From the IMG/VR virus record IMGVR_UViG_3300027861_000010: a DNA stretch of 64,000 nt. One strand, written 5' to 3'. Position 1 is the stretch's first letter. Every line of letters begins with the position of its first letter. The position numbers and the translations under genes were made by a program. The stretch is from a virus. Shown in pieces: positions 9,184 through 17,636 of the stretch. Under the pieces are notes generated by a model that worked only from the letters and a program-made list of their open reading frames with translations, made no database searches and was not told where the DNA came from.

Positions 9184-9660
9184 ATGGGAATGCAAAACCT
9201 GACGCCCGACCAACGGGCGATGCCGAAGAACATCATCAAACAGGCTTTCCAGGAGATTCCTGAGAGTTGTCATCGCATACGTTCGATCCTCACTGAGGCG
9301 ACAACGGCTATCATGAATGACCTCAACATCCCCCTGGAAGATCACCCCACGATCGACGCCGCGATGAGTCACGCATTTCAGAGGATACGGGACGAGGTAT
9401 CTCACCCGTTCCGTACCCGACAGATGCAACTTCTCAAGAAAGTCTTGCGACCGAAGGCGTCACGAAAGTGGGTAAATCAACCATCCACACTTCAGCCCTA
9501 CCACAAGTTCCACGGCATGGAAGTCGTCGCCATTCAGATTGACGACAAAACCAGCCAGGTGTACTTCAACTCAAGTAGTTGGGTGGGCATGGAGATGGAC
9601 AACCTCGCGTTGTCAGATGGTTGGCCCAAAACCAATACCAATACCTGGCCTGGAGAATAA
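9184..9660 (+). CDS. Hypothetical protein
   Basis: 158-aa ORF in the + strand gene run. Confidence 0.6.
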   Translation: MGMQNLTPDQRAMPKNIIKQAFQEIPESCHRIRSILTEATTAIMNDLNIPLEDHPTIDAAMSHAFQRIRDEVSHPFRTRQMQLLKKVLRPKASRKWVNQPSTLQPYHKFHGMEVVAIQIDDKTSQVYFNSSSWVGMEMDNLALSDGWPKTNTNTWPGE

Positions 9661-9664
9661 AATC

Positions 9665-9889
9665 ATGGTTCAAGTGAAACCCTGTCCTCCTAAGATGATT
9701 GAGGAGATGAAGAAGGCGTACAAACGCAATCCGATTCAACACTTCGTTATCTGGGACACAACGTACTACCTCAATGAGGAGGGAAGTTGTCAGGTGATTG
9801 ACCACCTCAAATTCCGGAATTTAAGGCGATGCGACGGATACGATCCAGAACGATACGAGACGCTCGCCTTCATTGGAGACCCCCCGTAA
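9665..9889 (+). CDS. Hypothetical protein
   Basis: GGAG RBS, ATG at 9665. Confidence 0.55.
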   Translation: MVQVKPCPPKMIEEMKKAYKRNPIQHFVIWDTTYYLNEEGSCQVIDHLKFRNLRRCDGYDPERYETLAFIGDPP

Positions 9890-10221
9890 TGAAAATCGCA
9901 GACTGGCTGGCCTTGGACAACAAGGCTGACACAGGCGGCTTCCGAAACCGCCTACCTCGCCGACAAGCAAGACGTCCACTCCACACCATGCCTCGTGGAC
10001 CTGGGTTCTTGTGGGATCCGAAAGAAGTAGGTGAGGCACGGAAGCGGGTAGCGGCGAAGACATTCCTTCGTCGTAACTCAACCGTGCCGCCCGTCGACAT
10101 TCGTGACGTTTCAACGCCAGTGCTTGTCACGCTGTGCCAGACGGTACAGGAGCTGATCCTGCACCAGAAAACCCTCAACAAACAGAAAGATCCACATGCA
10201 GAAACTGCCAGTTTGGACTAA
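9889..10221 (+). CDS. Hypothetical basic protein
   Basis: TAATG overlap with upstream stop. Confidence 0.5.
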   Translation: MKIADWLALDNKADTGGFRNRLPRRQARRPLHTMPRGPGFLWDPKEVGEARKRVAAKTFLRRNSTVPPVDIRDVSTPVLVTLCQTVQELILHQKTLNKQKDPHAETASLD

Positions 10222-10531
10222 GGCCTACCGGCCATTCATGCTGGGCGGCAACGTTAACGCCCCTATCGCCACTGAAGTTGAAGTGGGCGAAGCTACCGAG
10301 TTGGCTCCAGGCATTAGCGTTCATGTTGTGGTTTCTCCTACCGGGACCACTCACGTCGCTGAAGCTACAACCGGTGCGTTCGTCGGAACTGATATTGAGC
10401 AGGTCCGTAAAGACGTTCAGGATGCTGATCCGGAAATTATCAAGGATCAACTGAAAAAGGCAAAGGCGGAACTCGACGGCGTTGATCACCTCGATCCAGC
10501 TGTATTTTGGGGGCTATTCAAAAATGAGTAA
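10196..10531 (+). CDS. Hypothetical protein
   Basis: 111-aa ORF. Confidence 0.65.
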   Translation: MQKLPVWTKAYRPFMLGGNVNAPIATEVEVGEATELAPGISVHVVVSPTGTTHVAEATTGAFVGTDIEQVRKDVQDADPEIIKDQLKKAKAELDGVDHLDPAVFWGLFKNE

Positions 10532-10775
10532 CAAAGTCCTTCCGACTGTTGATCCCGGGCACAACATCAGTGCCACAACTGGAATCGCCAATCGTGTTGG
10601 CGACTACCGCGGTCCTGTGAAGAACCACGCACCAAATCCGGGAGGATACTGGTGGGGCCAAGTGCTCACGCTATACGGCTGGAGCCACATCCAAGAGATT
10701 GGGCGAGAGAAGACCGAAAAGAAAATGCTCGAGTTAGGAGCCAAACCCTGTGAGAACAAACCCCCTAGCAACTGA
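10524..10775 (+). CDS. Hypothetical protein
   Basis: ATG at 10524 overlapping upstream stop. Confidence 0.55.
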   Translation: MSNKVLPTVDPGHNISATTGIANRVGDYRGPVKNHAPNPGGYWWGQVLTLYGWSHIQEIGREKTEKKMLELGAKPCENKPPSN

Positions 10776-10957
10776 CACCTGCTGCCCACATCGCGACACT
10801 CCTCGATCAAATCCCTGCCGTGGCGACTTGGTTCGTCCGGACGATGGTGCTGATCGAATCAGTGAGCGGCTGGGTCGTATCGTGTTGGTCTGTCTCAAGT
10901 GTGGACAGCGATGGAGCTGCTCCACTTCCGAAGGTGAATACAAACGAAAGGTTTAAG

Positions 10958-11584
10958 ATGGGAATCGACGCCTACTACAACGGCGGCAACAATTGTGAAA
11001 ACCAAGAGATCCCTCCGTTTCAAAGCGGTGGGATCTTTTTTGTTATGCGTGTAGGCACTGCACACAAGTCAGTCGACAAGCCCACCTGCGGCATCAGCAA
11101 GACATACATCGTCCCTGGTGAATCAGAGCAGCAAGCTGCCAAGGCATTCCTTCAGTGGTGCCGTGCAGTTGTCGACGACGTCCGCAGCAACATGCAGAAA
11201 CATGACCTCGATGAGGTTACATGGTTGATCGAAGTTGACGCATTCAATCCTCAGGCTAAAGAAGCCAAGAAGATTCAGAAAGAGATCGAGGAGATCGAGA
11301 AAAAGCTCGACACCGATTACGTCTCAGACGGCTGGTGGCACTCTCGCCTCAACCGACTGCGAAAGCGAAAGAAAGAACTGCTCACACCAGAGACCGAAGT
11401 TGAATCTCGATTTGAGCAAATCGTAAGTCCTGTTCGCGAACTGATCAGTTGGCTTGAGCAGGGCTGGTACGAGATCGAACCGGTCCCAACTGACCGGCCT
11501 ACTACCGTCTCTTACTTTGACGATTGGCGTGGGTTCACTTCTTACATGAGAGCCGAGGATCCAGATGGAACAACTATTACGTGA
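10958..11584 (+). CDS. Hypothetical protein with coiled coil
   Basis: Probable ATG at 10958; KEAKKIQKEIEEIEKKL heptads. Confidence 0.65.
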   Translation: MGIDAYYNGGNNCENQEIPPFQSGGIFFVMRVGTAHKSVDKPTCGISKTYIVPGESEQQAAKAFLQWCRAVVDDVRSNMQKHDLDEVTWLIEVDAFNPQAKEAKKIQKEIEEIEKKLDTDYVSDGWWHSRLNRLRKRKKELLTPETEVESRFEQIVSPVRELISWLEQGWYEIEPVPTDRPTTVSYFDDWRGFTSYMRAEDPDGTTIT

Positions 11585-11673
11585 AATGAAAGCGTATGTG
11601 GAACCATGCCACACGATGGTTCCGAAGGGCGTTTTGAAAGACTGGATCGAACGGCTAACAAAGGCAATAGAAA

Positions 11674-11862
11674 ATGAGGACGATCAAAAACCCAAACCAA
11701 CGAGTCAAGTGCCCTAAATGCAACGCAGAGCTGGAGATCGAACGCGACGACATTCGGCTGGACGACACCGGGATGTACCCCGCGTTCCACGTTCTCTGCC
11801 CACATTGCAGTAAGGCAATTGACGTCTCGCAGGAAGCCAAAGTGTTAGGAGCATCCGCATGA
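11674..11862 (+). CDS. Small zinc-ribbon protein
   Basis: CPKC...CPHC. Confidence 0.7.
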   Translation: MRTIKNPNQRVKCPKCNAELEIERDDIRLDDTGMYPAFHVLCPHCSKAIDVSQEAKVLGASA

Positions 11863-12116
11863 AGTACGTCAAAGGCTGGGTGGCCTGCATTGAGAACAAA
11901 GACAAGTCACGGTTTCCGAACGGTAGCTTGTACTTGTACTCAGAGCCGCACCCCACAGAGCAGCAGGCCCACGACTGGGTCTGGGCTCACGATTCAATTA
12001 CGAAGGGCGGCGTCACACTTCTGAGAATGGAGTGCAACGACGTTCCCGAGGGGCGACTTGTGCAGCCTCTCGATCGCAAAAAATACGAAGCCCTATCGAG
12101 AAAAGGAGGTAGTTGA
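11859..12116 (+). CDS. Hypothetical protein
   Basis: ATGA overlap, GGAG RBS. Confidence 0.6.
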   Translation: MKYVKGWVACIENKDKSRFPNGSLYLYSEPHPTEQQAHDWVWAHDSITKGGVTLLRMECNDVPEGRLVQPLDRKKYEALSRKGGS

Positions 12117-12502
12117 TGTTTCTTGATATCTGGGTTCACCACCATCGTCACGGCTTCGACACTTACGACATGTTCCGACCAGAAGATGAACCTGTCCATA
12201 CCGTTGAGGAAGTGATCGAAGCTAATGACATTGATTTCGAGACGGATCGTGAAGACGAGTATATCGAAGTACGCCTCACGTCAATCGAAGTCCCATCCAA
12301 CTTCACGCCCAGCGAGCTTGGTGACCTGCAGTTTGCTATGCGAGCTCAGCGTAACCGCCTCGACCGGGCCATTTTCAAGAAAGATGCGGCTAGTAGCAAG
12401 CACTTCGCTGCCAACAGCAAGAAGTTCAAACGCTACGAGAAGCTGCTTAACAAACTCAAGAAACAGGAGAAACTCTGTGTCAGTCCAAAAGAAAACGTTT
12501 GA
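12113..12502 (+). CDS. Hypothetical protein
   Basis: AGGAGGT RBS; 129 aa. Confidence 0.65.
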   Translation: MMFLDIWVHHHRHGFDTYDMFRPEDEPVHTVEEVIEANDIDFETDREDEYIEVRLTSIEVPSNFTPSELGDLQFAMRAQRNRLDRAIFKKDAASSKHFAANSKKFKRYEKLLNKLKKQEKLCVSPKENV

Positions 12503-12887
12503 GGAAGTCGACAAGCTCGTCGGCGACCCTAAGACCAAGAAGCACAACGAAGCAATCGTCTTCATTGGTACCGGAGGCGATCTCAACGAGTGGGTCGACG
12601 GCATCACTGGAATGCTAACAGATGAGTCAATCATGACTCCTGGTGACGAGTGGTACCACATGACCACAACCGGTGGCCGACACGAGTTGGTGATGCCGTT
12701 ACCCGCAGAGGGTGTCGACCTTGGCAAGATGGCCGTCTGGAAGTTCAAGTTCGGTGACTGCTCATGGTGGAGCGACTACCGCGTTAATTACTATGGTCAG
12801 CATGGAGCTGAACGGCCTGTCGAGGCAAACGACCAGGACGAGATTGACGAGTACGAAGAAGAGTCTGGAGTGACGTATGAGTGCTGA
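12477..12887 (+). CDS. Hypothetical protein
   Basis: AGGAG RBS and GTG at 12477. Confidence 0.6.
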   Translation: MSVQKKTFEEVDKLVGDPKTKKHNEAIVFIGTGGDLNEWVDGITGMLTDESIMTPGDEWYHMTTTGGRHELVMPLPAEGVDLGKMAVWKFKFGDCSWWSDYRVNYYGQHGAERPVEANDQDEIDEYEEESGVTYEC

Positions 12888-13287
12888 CTACGAACGCGTC
12901 GTACCTCGCGATCTCTTCCGCGAGAGCTTGTTGTTGAAGTGTCTCGGCAGGCTTTGTTTGTTGATTCACGACGGGAAACTTCCTTGGTTGAAGTTCTACC
13001 ATAATTCTGAGTTCAACACTGAACTAGAATTCAAAGGCTTTGAAATCTCTTGTCGAGATTCAGATGGCGGACTGGAGTGTTGTACTGTCAAGTTCTATCC
13101 AGCAAACACACCAGAAGACTCCGAAATGTGGCAATACGAGCTGGATATCTATACCGGCTTGGCCCGTCAAGGCGATCACTGGCCTCTCCACTTCACTGAC
13201 GAAGGTGAAGAGATCGAGGTCTTCGACAACGAAGGCAATATCACGTCTGAATTTCAGGAGGCAGTCACATGCGAAAGTTCCAAGTGA
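12877..13287 (+). CDS. Hypothetical protein
   Basis: GGAG RBS; 136 aa. Confidence 0.65.
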   Translation: MSADYERVVPRDLFRESLLLKCLGRLCLLIHDGKLPWLKFYHNSEFNTELEFKGFEISCRDSDGGLECCTVKFYPANTPEDSEMWQYELDIYTGLARQGDHWPLHFTDEGEEIEVFDNEGNITSEFQEAVTCESSK

Positions 13288-13646
13288 CTCTGGCTGACAA
13301 CAACCCAGAGTTCAACACGAAGATTCCGATCGCCGTCTCGGTAGGTCAGAACTTCATTCAGTTCGAGGCCGAAGGCTTCAATGCCTGCGGTGCTGCGGAC
13401 GAGCAACCGATTGGTGACGGCAACCGATCAATTGTTGCGTTCGAGATCTGGGAAGGCCGACTGCGTTTGCTGGTCTGGGCTGACATCAACCAGGAAGATC
13501 CGACGCATACCATCGACCTCGAAGAGGCTCGAACTTCCAACCGCGATTGCTATTACTGTGGCGGTAACTGTCATCGAGACCCTGAACACGCTTGTGACGG
13601 GTACCTCGGTGACATCGACAATCTTTACAAAAAGGAAAAGAAATGA
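13269..13646 (+). CDS. Hypothetical protein with C-terminal Cys/His motif
   Basis: CYYCGGNCH...HAC; stop overlaps the RAMP gene start (ATGA). Confidence 0.65.
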   Translation: MRKFQVTLADNNPEFNTKIPIAVSVGQNFIQFEAEGFNACGAADEQPIGDGNRSIVAFEIWEGRLRLLVWADINQEDPTHTIDLEEARTSNRDCYYCGGNCHRDPEHACDGYLGDIDNLYKKEKK

Positions 13647-14296
13647 AAAACATCAAAATCCAAGTAACTGGACTGACTCCACTACTGATGAACGCCTTCA
13701 AAGGCGACGACAACAACGGATCATCCAAGTCCTCGGCTGCTAAGGATTATGGCACTCCGTTGCAGCAAGCACAGGAGAAGCTGTACATCGGAACGGATGG
13801 CGAAACGCTCGTTATCCCGCAACCGAACATCTTCAGTTGCATCATTGAAGGCGGCAAGTTCTTTAAGAACGGGAAGTCAAAGGTCACGACCATGAAGACC
13901 TCGCTGATTCCCTCGTGCGTTTTCTTCCACGACATCGAGTACCCGCTGGAGTACAACGGCGTAGTAGGGGTGTGGACGACGGCGTTACCGGATCCAAGCT
14001 GCTGGTCGGTTGATAGCAGGCCGATTCGCAACCCTTCAACAGGCGGTCGAATTATGCGTCACCGCCCGATCATTCACGATTGGCGATTCACGTTCGCCGT
14101 TACTCTCGATACCGATGAAATGGCGGTTAGTTTGTTCCGTGACATTGTTGACGCTGCGGGCAGTAAGATCGGACTCGGCGACTTCCGTCCTGGCTGCAAA
14201 GGCTCATTCGGTCGTTGGAAAGTCACCAGTTGGGTCGTTACTGATGAAGAAGAAGAACAAGAAGTAGACGAGGAGGAAGAACTCCTCGAAGTCTGA
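13643..14296 (+). CDS. Solo RAMP/Cas7-like RNA-binding protein (putative Vipr-like effector)
   Basis: N-terminal strand IQVTGLTPLLMN; YIGTDGETLVIPQPNI; RHRP..HDWRFTFAV; Gly-rich loop AGSKIGLGDFRPGCKGSFGRWKV typical of the RAMP/Cas7 group; directly followed by a repeat array. Confidence 0.75.
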   Translation: MKNIKIQVTGLTPLLMNAFKGDDNNGSSKSSAAKDYGTPLQQAQEKLYIGTDGETLVIPQPNIFSCIIEGGKFFKNGKSKVTTMKTSLIPSCVFFHDIEYPLEYNGVVGVWTTALPDPSCWSVDSRPIRNPSTGGRIMRHRPIIHDWRFTFAVTLDTDEMAVSLFRDIVDAAGSKIGLGDFRPGCKGSFGRWKVTSWVVTDEEEEQEVDEEEELLEV

Positions 14297-14312
14297 TTCC
14301 ATTTCATGGAGC

Positions 14313-14914
14313 GGCTGCGTGTCGCAAGGCTGTGCCAGCTTAGGTCGGGCTTGGCGGGGTCAGGCAGGGTGCGGCAAGGCAAGGTTCCCGTCGTCATCAG
14401 AAATGGTGGCGACGGGCTTCCCGTGGTGGGGCGAGCTTAGGTATGGCAATGCCAGGCAGGGCGGTGCAAGGTACGGCAAGGCAAGGTTCCCGTCGTCATC
14501 AGAAATGGTGGCGGTGGGCTTCTCACGGTCAGGCACTGCTAGGTCGGGCGGGGCGGGGCGTGGCACGTCCGGGTGTGGTTAGGCAAGGCAAGGTTCCCGT
14601 CGTCATCAGAAATGGTGGCGGCGGGCTTTTACGCGGCGAGGCGAGGCGTGGCCGGGCGAGGCATGGCCGGGAGCGGCAATGCAGGGTGCGGCAAGGCAAG
14701 GTTCCCGTCGTCATCAGAAATGGTGGCGGCGGGCTTCTCAGGGCGAGGCGGGGCGACGCTCGGCATGGCTATGCCTGGCCGTGCTCGGCGTGGCTAGGAG
14801 CGGCAAGGCAAGGTTCCCGTCGTCATCAGAAATGGTGGCGGCGGGCTTTTACGCGGCGAGGCGAGGCCATGCAAGGCAGGGCGATGCAAGGTACGGCATG
14901 GAGTGGCGAGGTTT
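14313..14914 (+). ncRNA. Array of six GGY-NN pentamer tracts separated by conserved hairpins (putative VIPR-like guide RNA array)
   Basis: 83 in-phase pentamers counted by hand, 65 starting GGC/GGT; tracts start at 14313, 14425, 14527, 14635, 14742, 14855; each of the first five ends GGCAA-GGCAA-GGTTC then the hairpin. Confidence 0.85.
14387..14845 (+). repeat. Five copies of 30-nt hairpin CCCGTCGTCATCA-GAAA-TGGTGGCG(A/G)(C/T)GGG
   Basis: Copies at 14387, 14489, 14596, 14704, 14816 (spacing 102, 107, 108, 112); 13-bp stem, GNRA loop; variants keep pairing via G-U. Confidence 0.95.
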
Positions 14915-14951
14915 TTATTTACACAGGAGAAAAAAGAATGGAGGAACAAAG

Positions 14952-15386
14952 ATGTCAACGTCAAGACACCTGATTGATGCGGCGGAGTTGTTTGTGTCGA
15001 TGCCGGTTACGGTGTTGGCTCAAGCCGTCGAAGCACTGGGGTACGAGAACCCGCAGTACGAGATGTCGCGTGTGCTTTCACTTCAGCAGGCACTGAAGCA
15101 GGACTTCGAGAGTCGGAACAACATGGCTCCCGACCTGGCCGAAGCCCTCTACAACCTGGCTGACGAAGCTTACGCCAACGAAGACGACATGCAGACGAAC
15201 GTCGATCCACTTGAGATGCCGTTCGACATGTCCGAAGCAGACGAAGGTACCTGGGCTCATGCGTGGGTTTGGGTGCCTAACGATGAACTCGAAAAGGAGG
15301 TCTGGCGGATTCAGGAGGAACGGCGACAACAGAAACTTCGAGAGAAGGAGAAACCTAGTGGCTATAGACTGGGACGACGAATTTGA
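14952..15386 (+). CDS. Hypothetical protein
   Basis: GGAGG RBS, ATG at 14952 (MSTSRHLIDAAELF); the longer upstream extension runs through the array and is not credible. Confidence 0.65.
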   Translation: MSTSRHLIDAAELFVSMPVTVLAQAVEALGYENPQYEMSRVLSLQQALKQDFESRNNMAPDLAEALYNLADEAYANEDDMQTNVDPLEMPFDMSEADEGTWAHAWVWVPNDELEKEVWRIQEERRQQKLREKEKPSGYRLGRRI

Positions 15387-15558
15387 GGGGTTCTGTGAGC
15401 AGGCAACTGATGCCCAGCTCGCGGCCATTTACTGGAAAGAAACTGACAACGAACGTCCTGCTTACGCAGCCATCGCCAAGGCGGTGGCCAAGGGCCGCGG
15501 GCTACCCGACCCGTCGCTTGAGCGTGTGCAGTGGCGTGAAGACAACGAGAGGAGATAA
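15358..15558 (+). CDS. Hypothetical protein
   Basis: AAGGAG RBS and GTG at 15358. Confidence 0.55.
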   Translation: MAIDWDDEFEGFCEQATDAQLAAIYWKETDNERPAYAAIAKAVAKGRGLPDPSLERVQWREDNERR

Positions 15559-15561
15559 CCA

Positions 15562-16329
15562 ATGGGTGCGTGTTTCAAAAATGTCGTCTGGGATGGGAAA
15601 CTGACCTACGACGAGGTGAAGAAGAAGTACCAGGACATGGTCAACGAACTTCTTCACATGCATGGTGCGGATGCCTACAACGGCACCTTCACAACGTGTA
15701 GTGGGCTGGCGATTCAGAACGGTAAGGCTCACGGCAGTGAGCACGAAGCCTACGAGTGGCTTTGCGAGAACGCTCAGAAATGGGAGAACGCGATCGCAGT
15801 CAAGTTCAGGGACGTGAAGAAGGTCGTACCGAAGCCTCCGAGCTTTGGCGGCAAAGTGATCAACTCTTCGTCGGACTTTGGTTATCGCTTCGTGGGGTTC
15901 GGTGATTTTCTGGGACGCTCGGCACCGAAGACCGGCATGAAGTCATGCATGATCTACGAACACCGGGACTGGAAGACTGACAAGTACACGTTCAAGATCC
16001 TGCCAGCCGACGCGTTGACCGCCCTTCAGCAGGAACGTCTGCAGAAGACTGTGGGTGAGTACGTGGAGGCCCGCAAGGATCACAAGAAGAAGCTCGTCGA
16101 GTTCAACAGCCTGATCGACAGCATCAAGAGTTACACTCAGGCGATTCCCGAGTCCGCTTTCACCCAGATGAAAAAGCTTCGTAAATCGTTGGTCACTTCT
16201 CACAACAAAGGCATTCGCCTTGCAGAGAAACTGCTCAAGATCGACGAGAAGTATGAAGACAGGCTTTGGAAGACCAAAGAGGTCGACGAAGGCGAGAAAT
16301 GGATGATCGGCGGCTGGTGTTCCGAATAG
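15562..16329 (+). CDS. Hypothetical protein
   Basis: AGGAG RBS; 255 aa with C-terminal coiled coil. Confidence 0.75.
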   Translation: MGACFKNVVWDGKLTYDEVKKKYQDMVNELLHMHGADAYNGTFTTCSGLAIQNGKAHGSEHEAYEWLCENAQKWENAIAVKFRDVKKVVPKPPSFGGKVINSSSDFGYRFVGFGDFLGRSAPKTGMKSCMIYEHRDWKTDKYTFKILPADALTALQQERLQKTVGEYVEARKDHKKKLVEFNSLIDSIKSYTQAIPESAFTQMKKLRKSLVTSHNKGIRLAEKLLKIDEKYEDRLWKTKEVDEGEKWMIGGWCSE

Positions 16330-16337
16330 GAGGTCCC

Positions 16338-16814
16338 ATGTTTCTCGAGTACCTGCCAGGAAGTATCCCATACAAGAACCCGCTCGAAGCGGGCGATCGT
16401 GCCCGGGAACTGGCAAAGCTTTACTGGCGTCCGTTCGTCGTCGTCTCAGCGACGGATAACCGATACCATGTGGAAGTGTTCCACCCGCCGCCCGGTCACG
16501 ATGACCGGACGCAATGTTACTACACCGTGGTCGGATGTAGAAAGGAAATCTATTACCCACCTAAAGAGCCCGAAGGGGCTTGGAGAGCACAGACTATGGC
16601 TGACACGATTGAAGTTGAAGTTACTGTGAAGAGGATCACAGAGAAAGCGTACCTCGTTGAACTCGAGAACTTGGAGAACAAGACCGAGGAGATGTGGATC
16701 CCAAAAAGCCAAGTCAAAGACACTGACTGCCTGGCTGAGGGCGACGAAGGGACGATGGAGATTACGGCATGGATCGCTAAACAGAAAGGACTGGTGGACG
16801 AAGATGACAATTGA
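16338..16814 (+). CDS. Hypothetical protein(s); probable second in-frame start at 16596
   Basis: AGGAGG RBS before ATG 16338; GGAGAG before ATG 16596 (MADTIEVEVTVKRITEKAYLV...WIPKSQV). Confidence 0.6.
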   Translation: MFLEYLPGSIPYKNPLEAGDRARELAKLYWRPFVVVSATDNRYHVEVFHPPPGHDDRTQCYYTVVGCRKEIYYPPKEPEGAWRAQTMADTIEVEVTVKRITEKAYLVELENLENKTEEMWIPKSQVKDTDCLAEGDEGTMEITAWIAKQKGLVDEDDN

Positions 16815-17235
16815 TACAGCCAACAAATTGGAAAAGGTTCGCGTTGGTCACTTTCCTGGTGTGATCTCAAAACGAATTAGAAAGCTATACCAAGAGCGAC
16901 GAGAGGAAAACGATCTCGGCGGTTTGAGGCACCTGCAACCGCGTCAGTTGATCAACAAATTGATCATTCAATACGGGCTTATCCACGGACGAGACGACGT
17001 TCTCGTCGGTGACCGTATTTTGGATCATTGGGGTTCGATTGAAGGCGGCGTGACGCTCGTAACTGAGCCTTACATGTACTCAAGCGTCTGGACAGCAGCT
17101 GAAACATTTGCAGAAGCAGCCGGTCTAGACATGGAGTTTATTGATAACTCCACCTGGAACCCCAAACAACCAGATGATGAAAATCATCGACACTGTTCTC
17201 GAATCTGTTTCCGGATAAAGGAGGAAGATAAATAA
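16804..17235 (+). CDS. Hypothetical protein
   Basis: ATG at 16804 overlapping upstream stop. Confidence 0.6.
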   Translation: MTIDTANKLEKVRVGHFPGVISKRIRKLYQERREENDLGGLRHLQPRQLINKLIIQYGLIHGRDDVLVGDRILDHWGSIEGGVTLVTEPYMYSSVWTAAETFAEAAGLDMEFIDNSTWNPKQPDDENHRHCSRICFRIKEEDK

Positions 17236-17636
17236 TGGGTGCTGACTTCATGTTTGCGGTTTCACCGCAGCCGTCACTGGAGGACGACAACCGAAAGAAA
17301 GCAGTGAAAGAACTGCTTCAACAAATCTCGTACGAAGATCTGCTTGATGTTGAAGAGAACTATGGTGGTTTTGATGACACCAGTTCTGCCGAGGCAATGA
17401 GAAAGGAGTTGTACGACACCATTGAGAAAGTTTGCGATCTGGATTCTCGCGAATCGTCCTGCATCCAATTGGACGGTATGGACTGGATGGGCGTCATCAC
17501 TGGAGGCATGAGTTGGGGTGATGTGCCCACGGACTGCTTTGAAACTATTGCAACCATTGGAAGGTTCGAGCCCGTCTGGGACCTTCTCAAACATTTCGCC
17601 CAGGAGGATCTTCGTGCCACTAAGACCGGGAAATAA
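17235..17636 (+). CDS. Hypothetical protein
   Basis: TAATG coupling; GGMSWGDVP motif. Confidence 0.65.
   Translation: MGADFMFAVSPQPSLEDDNRKKAVKELLQQISYEDLLDVEENYGGFDDTSSAEAMRKELYDTIEKVCDLDSRESSCIQLDGMDWMGVITGGMSWGDVPTDCFETIATIGRFEPVWDLLKHFAQEDLRATKTGK

Noticed and set aside
14313-14914. Canonical CRISPR array
   Set aside because: The inter-repeat segments are not unique foreign spacers but periodic GGY-NN tracts, and no cas1/cas2/cas6 or effector operon is present.
14319-14973. Several Gly/Arg/Ala-rich ORFs across the array on both strands (14319, 14360, 14443, 14529, 14573, and the 5' part of 14679)
   Set aside because: They are by-products of the stop-poor 5-nt GGY periodicity; they have no RBS, and the 5-nt phase and wobble-preserving hairpin changes point to RNA-level rather than codon-level selection.
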